Shown here in pieces: positions 26,493-31,854 of a stretch of 31,854 nucleotides of DNA; the stretch's first letter is position 1, and each line of letters starts with the position of its first letter. Both the position numbers and the translations under genes were made by a program. The stretch comes from Thermoproteota archaeon (GTDB taxonomy: Archaea; Asgardarchaeota; Jordiarchaeia; Jordiarchaeales; Freyrarchaeaceae). The notes beneath the pieces were generated by a model. That model worked only from the letters and a program-made list of their open reading frames with translations. It ran no database searches and was not told the origin of the DNA. The stretch lies in the NCBI GenBank assembly GCA_029258835.1, contig JAPDJY010000057.1, positions 1 through 31,854 on the forward strand, given 5' to 3'.

Positions 26493-28399
26493 CCTATAGC
26501 CCCCATCTTCCTCGCAATCCGTGTTAGCTTCAGCTCCCTAATTTTCTCTTCGGTTGGAGTTCCAGTCTCAGGATCCCATCCTCTCTCTAAGTAGTAATCG
26601 TCGAGCAGTTTCTCGGCGTCCTTAAGCCCTATACGCCTAACTTTATAGTAGTCGGTTAGCACTAACTGGGTTCCACATCCCGTAAGCGGCTCTTTAAGCC
26701 ATCGTTCAGGGAAAATATCGTCTTTTCTAGAGAAGCCCTCCCGCACGTTAAGCAGCTTTAAAAGGTTCCAGCTTCTCTCCCCGGCCCTTAGTAGCTCCCT
26801 TGAAGACCGCTTAACCCCCGTAGCTAACGTGTAGAGGTCAGCCAAGTCCATTACCGAGTAGCTTTGAGCCACCTGTTGCCGGCAGCACACCCCCAGGGAG
26901 GTGAGGGTTGCATACCAGTCCTCCACGTATCTGGTCATCTTAGCAACGTTAAACGATGGCATAAAAATGCGGTTCAATGCTTCAGGGGGAACGCCTATCT
27001 TAACACAGAACTTTCTAAGCTTGCTTACGCTGGAGCCAAACGCTAAGGTTGGTGAAAGGCCGGATATGTAGTGTCCCCCCATAGGGCTGACGACTTCCTC
27101 GAAAGCCTCGGTTCCAAAGATAAAGCGGCCATCTATCTGCGGATCCATACCCTTAACGTGGATCACCCTCTCCACGAGGCCGCCGCCGAGCTTTCTCGCC
27201 GCGAAAACCGGTCCCTCCGCTAAAATATCACCTAACCCTTCCCTTGAAGAGATCATCTTAATCAAGCTCACAGTTTCCTCGAAGCCACTACTTCCATCAA
27301 CGTCCACTTTAAGCACGTGTCTCTCCCTTAGAAGCCTAACCAGTTCAACGGTGGAAGCCAGTGTAACATAATCTAAACCATACTTGTTTGCAAGGTAGTA
27401 GCAATAGGAAATCTCCTTGCCTCCTCCAACCTGACAGCGCACTCCAAACGCGTAGGCAGGCCCAAGAAACTGGTGCATGCAGATTTCTCCGCACTCCTCA
27501 ACGTTAACGGTGAGCCTGTCACCAACCGGGCATGATGGACATGCAAAAACACGCTTCCTCACCCTTTCAATGAAAACCTTGGGTCCAAACTTGGACTCCG
27601 CCTCCTTCTCGGACATAAGCCTTCTCCAATTATCATAAGGCAAGCCACCAATCATTCCAGTTCTAAATTCCCATCCAAGCATGGAGCCAAACTTAATCCA
27701 TGACTTGTACATGCGTCCACTACGTATCCGGTCGATAAGAGAAAGGGCCTTCTCGAGGAACCTTCGATCAGCCACTTCTACGCCTTTCTCCCCCCTCGCA
27801 ACGATGGCTTTAAGGTTTTTCGCCCCTAAGACAGCGCCAAGCCCCCCTCTCCCAAGGCTCGAGCAACTATCCATGACCGCAACAGAGAAACGTACAAGCT
27901 TCTCCCCGGCCTTGCCAATAGCTAGAACACCACATGAACCATGCATCCTACGGAGCGCATTGGTAGTTTGGTAAACGTCCATCCCCCAGAGGTCTGATGC
28001 ATCATACAAGTCGACGTTGCCGTCAAGGATCCCGAGATAAACGGGCTTCCTAGCTCTCCCCGTAACGACTACATGGTCGTATCCCGCAGCCTTCATCATC
28101 ACGCTAAAGAAGCCGCCACTGGAAGCAAAGCCAAAAGTCTCAGTAAGAGGAAAACGGCATACAACCGATATCTTAGAGGAGCCAGGGGCAAGCGTCCCCA
28201 CTAGGGGGCCGACCCCCAAGGCCACGTAGCTTCTAGGCGAGAATGGATTAACCCATGGTTCAGACAACTCCGCCACGAGCTTAACATTCCCCCCAAAACC
28301 CCCTATGAAATCGTTAATGATGGACTTATCTAGGTCAACAACCTTCACTGTTCCCGAGGAAAGATCCACAAAAAGGAGTTTTCCAGCATAACCGTACAA
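26489..28399 (-). CDS. Tungsten aldehyde:ferredoxin oxidoreductase family protein
   Basis: 'GYAGKLLFVDLS', 'GYDHVVVTGRA', 'GRGGLGAVLGAKNLKAI', 'YYLERGWD'. Confidence 0.92.
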   Translation of the reverse strand: MYGYAGKLLFVDLSSGTVKVVDLDKSIINDFIGGFGGNVKLVAELSEPWVNPFSPRSYVALGVGPLVGTLAPGSSKISVVCRFPLTETFGFASSGGFFSVMMKAAGYDHVVVTGRARKPVYLGILDGNVDLYDASDLWGMDVYQTTNALRRMHGSCGVLAIGKAGEKLVRFSVAVMDSCSSLGRGGLGAVLGAKNLKAIVARGEKGVEVADRRFLEKALSLIDRIRSGRMYKSWIKFGSMLGWEFRTGMIGGLPYDNWRRLMSEKEAESKFGPKVFIERVRKRVFACPSCPVGDRLTVNVEECGEICMHQFLGPAYAFGVRCQVGGGKEISYCYYLANKYGLDYVTLASTVELVRLLRERHVLKVDVDGSSGFEETVSLIKMISSREGLGDILAEGPVFAARKLGGGLVERVIHVKGMDPQIDGRFIFGTEAFEEVVSPMGGHYISGLSPTLAFGSSVSKLRKFCVKIGVPPEALNRIFMPSFNVAKMTRYVEDWYATLTSLGVCCRQQVAQSYSVMDLADLYTLATGVKRSSRELLRAGERSWNLLKLLNVREGFSRKDDIFPERWLKEPLTGCGTQLVLTDYYKVRRIGLKDAEKLLDDYYLERGWDPETGTPTEEKIRELKLTRIARKMGAIG

Positions 28400-28406
28400 C
28401 CCGTTC

Positions 28407-28610
28407 TCACCTCAAGGCACCATAACAGCACACCTCAACACATTTGCCGCACCCTTCACAATCCCTCGAGAAAGCAGCCCTAAGCACTCCCTTCTCACGT
28501 ACAATCCTCAGCTTAGCCTTAAAAACATTGAAAGAACCCGAATGAATGAAAGAGCAGATCAACATACAAAGCATACATTCACTACACTTCTCCGCGTCAA
28601 ACTCAACCAA
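28407..28610 (-). CDS. 4Fe-4S ferredoxin, AOR-associated
   Basis: 'CSECMLCMLICS' and 'CEGCGKCVEVC'. Confidence 0.85.
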   Translation of the reverse strand: MVEFDAEKCSECMLCMLICSFIHSGSFNVFKAKLRIVREKGVLRAAFSRDCEGCGKCVEVCCYGALR

Positions 28611-28793
28611 CCCATCCCACCGCCAACCTAAACCTTCACCTAAAACAAATGGAAACCCTAAAAAAAGAGTTTTTCCAGAGAAACTGAGCGCAACCGCCGA
28701 GTAAAAGGTGCAGCATAAAGAGTTCCAGCTGATGCCACCGTTTTAACTACAAAGAGAAACCTTAAAATAGCTGGATTTCATCCAGAGAAAATA

Positions 28794-28924
28794 GGGCCCC
28801 TAGCTCAGCTCGGTAGAGCTTGTGGCGCTGAGAGCACCCGGTTCGCACCCGGGAGGCCGCGGGAACCCTTGGAGGGTCGCGAATTCAAAACCTGAAGGGT
28901 GGACAAGTCCCGCGGGGTCCACCA
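28794..28924 (+). tRNA. tRNA-Ala(CGC) with three non-canonical introns: 22/23 (28817-28832), 53/54 (28864-28883), 58/59 (28889-28906)
   Basis: Acceptor stem GGGCCCC/GGGGTCC with G3:U70, A73 and CCA. Anticodon arm CCCGG TT CGC AC CCGGG. Splicing yields a 77-nt cloverleaf with T-loop TTCAAGT. Confidence 0.92.
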
Positions 28925-28980
28925 TCCATTACCTCCCTAAAAGAACAGGTTCTTCTTGAGGTTTTAATAAGTAGAGTTGA

Positions 28981-30264
28981 TTAGATTGACTCTGCTTTTT
29001 TACGGGCCGTTTTCCCTCTTCCTAGTCTTTCGTGTGCTTCTGCCAGATGACCTGCAGCCAATGCCGCTATGAGGGACACCTCCCCAGCCAGCGCGGCTGA
29101 GCAGGCTATCTCAGCGAACTTTTTGGCAAGCGTTCCTGGAGGGGCACCTTTCACAAAACCGCCTCCACAACCCATAATAGATAATGCCTCTTGGTATTGG
29201 GGTAGCCACATGCCTCCACCGATTGTTCCACAGATCATTGATGGAATAGTGAGTGAAATGTATAGGTTTCCGTCTCCAAGCACTTCAGCTGTTACTATGC
29301 CCATGGAGCTTTCTCCTATGTGTGCAGCGTCTTGCCCGGTGGCGAGCCACATGGCGGCTATTATGTTTGCTACGTGGGCGTTTAACCCGTAGGCCGCCGC
29401 CTGCCCTGTTCCAAGGTAAAGCTTCCTGTAGACTACTTCAACCATGTCTTCAGGAGTCGTCTTTAAAACTTTTTCAATGTACTCTCTTTTAAGTACAGCT
29501 TCCGCCTGAACCGTTTTCCCTCTGCCTAGTATGTAGTTAAGGGCTGACGGCTTCTTGTCAACACACATGTTCCCGCTGAGGGCTACGGTCTTAGCCCATG
29601 GAAATTGTTCTTCTATGAAGCGGCAAGCTTTATCGCTTGCGCTAGTCGCCATGTTCATCCCCATAGCATCTCCTGTCTCGGCGGTGAATCGCAGGTAAAC
29701 GTTTCGTCCTATAATCCAGTGTTGGATGCCGGTGAGTTTTAAGAATGGATCGTCCCCTTCAAAGACTTTCCTTATTTCATCATAGTTTTCTTTTACCCAG
29801 TTTACGAGTTTTACAGCGTGTTCCGTGTCTGGGACTACTATGCATGGGGCTCTTGTTATACCTGACTTTAAGACCTTTGCTTTAGCCCCTCCGCTGGCGG
29901 TTATGGCGGTGCATCCTCTGTTGACGCTGGCGACCAATGCGCCCTCGGTTGTTGCTAGTGGAATGTAGTACTCGCCGTCTGCCACTTCTCCTTTAACTTT
30001 GAGGGGGCCTGCAACTCCTAATGGGATTTGCTGTGCACCTATTGGGTTTTCTATGTTTCTCGAGGCTGTTTCTTCAAGGTTTATTGAGTAGCTTCCTATG
30101 TGTTTGAGCTCTCTGCCAATTACCTTCTCTATGGCTTTTCTTCTGATTTTTGCTGCTGCGTCGACGCTTCCGACGTATTTTTCAATCTGGTGGAGTTTTA
30201 TTTCGCCTTTGACCAATTTTTCAACAAGTTCTTCTTCCGAAAATTCTTCTTTTGTGAGTGACAT
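28981..30264 (-). CDS. hmgA: HMG-CoA reductase, class I (NADPH)
   Basis: 'NIENPIG', 'PLATTEGALVAS', 'GDAMGMNM', 'GNMCVDKK', 'GTIGGG', 'AHERL'. Start placed at ATG 30264. Confidence 0.96.
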   Translation of the reverse strand: MSLTKEEFSEEELVEKLVKGEIKLHQIEKYVGSVDAAAKIRRKAIEKVIGRELKHIGSYSINLEETASRNIENPIGAQQIPLGVAGPLKVKGEVADGEYYIPLATTEGALVASVNRGCTAITASGGAKAKVLKSGITRAPCIVVPDTEHAVKLVNWVKENYDEIRKVFEGDDPFLKLTGIQHWIIGRNVYLRFTAETGDAMGMNMATSASDKACRFIEEQFPWAKTVALSGNMCVDKKPSALNYILGRGKTVQAEAVLKREYIEKVLKTTPEDMVEVVYRKLYLGTGQAAAYGLNAHVANIIAAMWLATGQDAAHIGESSMGIVTAEVLGDGNLYISLTIPSMICGTIGGGMWLPQYQEALSIMGCGGGFVKGAPPGTLAKKFAEIACSAALAGEVSLIAALAAGHLAEAHERLGRGKTARKKAESI

Positions 30265-30268
30265 TTTT

Positions 30269-30694
30269 TCATGCTCCTTTCCTTTTTTCAACCTCAATTA
30301 TTCCCTTTTCAGAGTTCACCCTAACCCAGTCCCCAGTCTCTATGACTGTGAGGGGGTCGGGGATTGCTTTATGTATTAAGGGGATTTCGGCTACGACTGC
30401 TCCTATCAGGGTTACAGTGTCTGCTTCCCTTTGGATTATGGCTTTGGGCGCGAGGCCCTTCTCTGCAAGGTTTATCAGGACGTATGTCCCGACGGTTGAC
30501 CCGACTCCCACCGGGAAAACTAGGACTTTGCCTGATATGCTGGCTCCCTCTAAAGCGTGGTTTTGAATTATTCCAGTGTTTGGGTTCACGTTTCCCAAGA
30601 AGGATATGGGGTCTGTGGAGACCAGGGCTTCACCCTCGGCGACAGGCGACTTCAACCCTTTTAGGCCGAGCCCCTTTAAGACAAGCTTCCCCAC
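30269..30694 (-). CDS. Aconitase X swivel subunit (DUF126); phosphomevalonate dehydratase small subunit
   Basis: 'EGEALVS', 'ISFLG', 'GKVLVFP', 'GSTVG', 'APKAII'; between the AcnX large subunit and hmgA. Confidence 0.9.
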   Translation of the reverse strand: MGKLVLKGLGLKGLKSPVAEGEALVSTDPISFLGNVNPNTGIIQNHALEGASISGKVLVFPVGVGSTVGTYVLINLAEKGLAPKAIIQREADTVTLIGAVVAEIPLIHKAIPDPLTVIETGDWVRVNSEKGIIEVEKRKGA

Positions 30695-30697
30695 GGC

Positions 30698-31854
30698 TTA
30701 GGCCTCCAGAGCGGTTTTCACACATTCTTCTATTGGAAGAAGTGCGGAGGAAACCTTGTTCATTGATGGGGCATAATGGGCTGCCTTAACCGAGTCTGTC
30801 AGCATTGTTTTGAATCCTTTTAAGGGCGCAACTATTGGGCAAGTGTCACAAAGAACTTTACCGCCTGCTTTTTCGATTTTCTGGACGAAGCCCATCCGTT
30901 CACCTAGTAGCTTAACTTGGCGGGACGTGAAAACCCAGAAGGATAAGCGCTTCGACACCTTCCCATTTAGCATCTCGGAAACCATTTTCAGCTCGTAGAT
31001 GGAATAGTGGGGGCAGCCCAACACGATGAGGTCTGGCTTATCAGTTAAGCTAAATGAGTTAAATACTTCGTTGAGCTGGTGGTCGTCGATTTCCACTATT
31101 TCCTCTATGGTTGGGGACTTGATGTGATCTCTCTCCCAGTAGTAGAGGGAGACCGCGCCTGAAGCAGCTATAGCCGCTGAGAGCTGCTTTGCCGCGGTAA
31201 GGGACAATGTATGGCGGCTCTGAATGAGGGGAATGCTGTTCTTCAGCGTTTTCCCAAGCAGGTATCCTAGTACGCCGTAATGGGTCGGAGACTTAAGGGG
31301 GGCGTGCACGCTTACCTTGACCGTGGGGTGCCTGTTCTCGTCTAGGTGGAGGCCGTAAAGGGGGGTTTTACCTGTTACTGCGGACGCTAAGGCTGAGATG
31401 CCGCTTTCCCTATTAGTTTTCGCTTTGAAGTAGGAGTTAACGAGCGTAACAGCCGAGGATTCGGCGAAGGCTACATGCACCCCCTCAGCGGGGATGTTGC
31501 CTACTTCGTATGGTGTGCAACTGCAGGTTGGCAGGACACCCATCTCGGCGTAAAGGGATATTATCTTCTTTTGTTTTTCAAGGAAGTTTTCATCCACCCT
31601 AAGGTCCCGCCATCGCTCCAGGTCTACCCCTCCAGGGTTAAGGGTGGTAAGAATAGAGGTTTTCGCTCCCGAACTTGCAAACTTTTCTAGGGTTGATATG
31701 AGGGCGTCGCCGCCGGTCTTGTAGGAAACACCCGACACGTGGGCGCTTTGAACACTTATAAGGCGTTCTGCTTCGAAAAAGTCCCCTAAGGCGCAGAGGA
31801 TTTTCATAGCTAGCCTTTGCCCCTCGCCATACTCGCCATCTAAGACCTTTTCCT
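30698..31854 (-). CDS. Aconitase X catalytic subunit (DUF521); phosphomevalonate dehydratase large subunit, 5' end outside the window
   Basis: 'AHVSGVSY', 'TCSCTPY', 'ESSAV', 'TNRE', 'GCPH', 'DTC', 'SVKAAHY'. The frame stays open upstream of 31807 (EKVLDGEYGEGQRLAM) to the edge. Confidence 0.9.
   Translation of the reverse strand, partial: EKVLDGEYGEGQRLAMKILCALGDFFEAERLISVQSAHVSGVSYKTGGDALISTLEKFASSGAKTSILTTLNPGGVDLERWRDLRVDENFLEKQKKIISLYAEMGVLPTCSCTPYEVGNIPAEGVHVAFAESSAVTLVNSYFKAKTNRESGISALASAVTGKTPLYGLHLDENRHPTVKVSVHAPLKSPTHYGVLGYLLGKTLKNSIPLIQSRHTLSLTAAKQLSAAIAASGAVSLYYWERDHIKSPTIEEIVEIDDHQLNEVFNSFSLTDKPDLIVLGCPHYSIYELKMVSEMLNGKVSKRLSFWVFTSRQVKLLGERMGFVQKIEKAGGKVLCDTCPIVAPLKGFKTMLTDSVKAAHYAPSMNKVSSALLPIEECVKTALEA

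Overview
Archaeal chromosomal window made up mostly of housekeeping genes. Eukaryote-like proteins (Vps29-like, NPRL2-like, MIT-like, WH2-like), fwd genes, AcnX/hmgA and thermophile-like codon usage suggest a thermophilic Asgard-type lineage; this is inference only. It starts with a frameshifted TnpB remnant. It then carries psmB, a NOG1 GTPase, rtcA, ogt, nadM, DUF62, an archaeal MutS-like ATPase, a divergent fwd cluster, a LarA-like gene, tpiA, DUF89, an M24-fold protein, argS, an HDAC, an AOR operon and the modified mevalonate genes. The strongest signal is in the RNA genes. All four tRNA genes are interrupted, with 10 BHB-type introns in total. tRNA-Arg(GCG) has four introns, one of only 10 nt. 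tRNA-Ala(CGC) has three, with an implied splicing order. argS is bracketed by two multi-intron tRNA-Arg genes. Several enzyme homologues have lost catalytic residues (M24 peptidase, LarA, proteasome beta). All calls come from manual motif reading; no searches were run.
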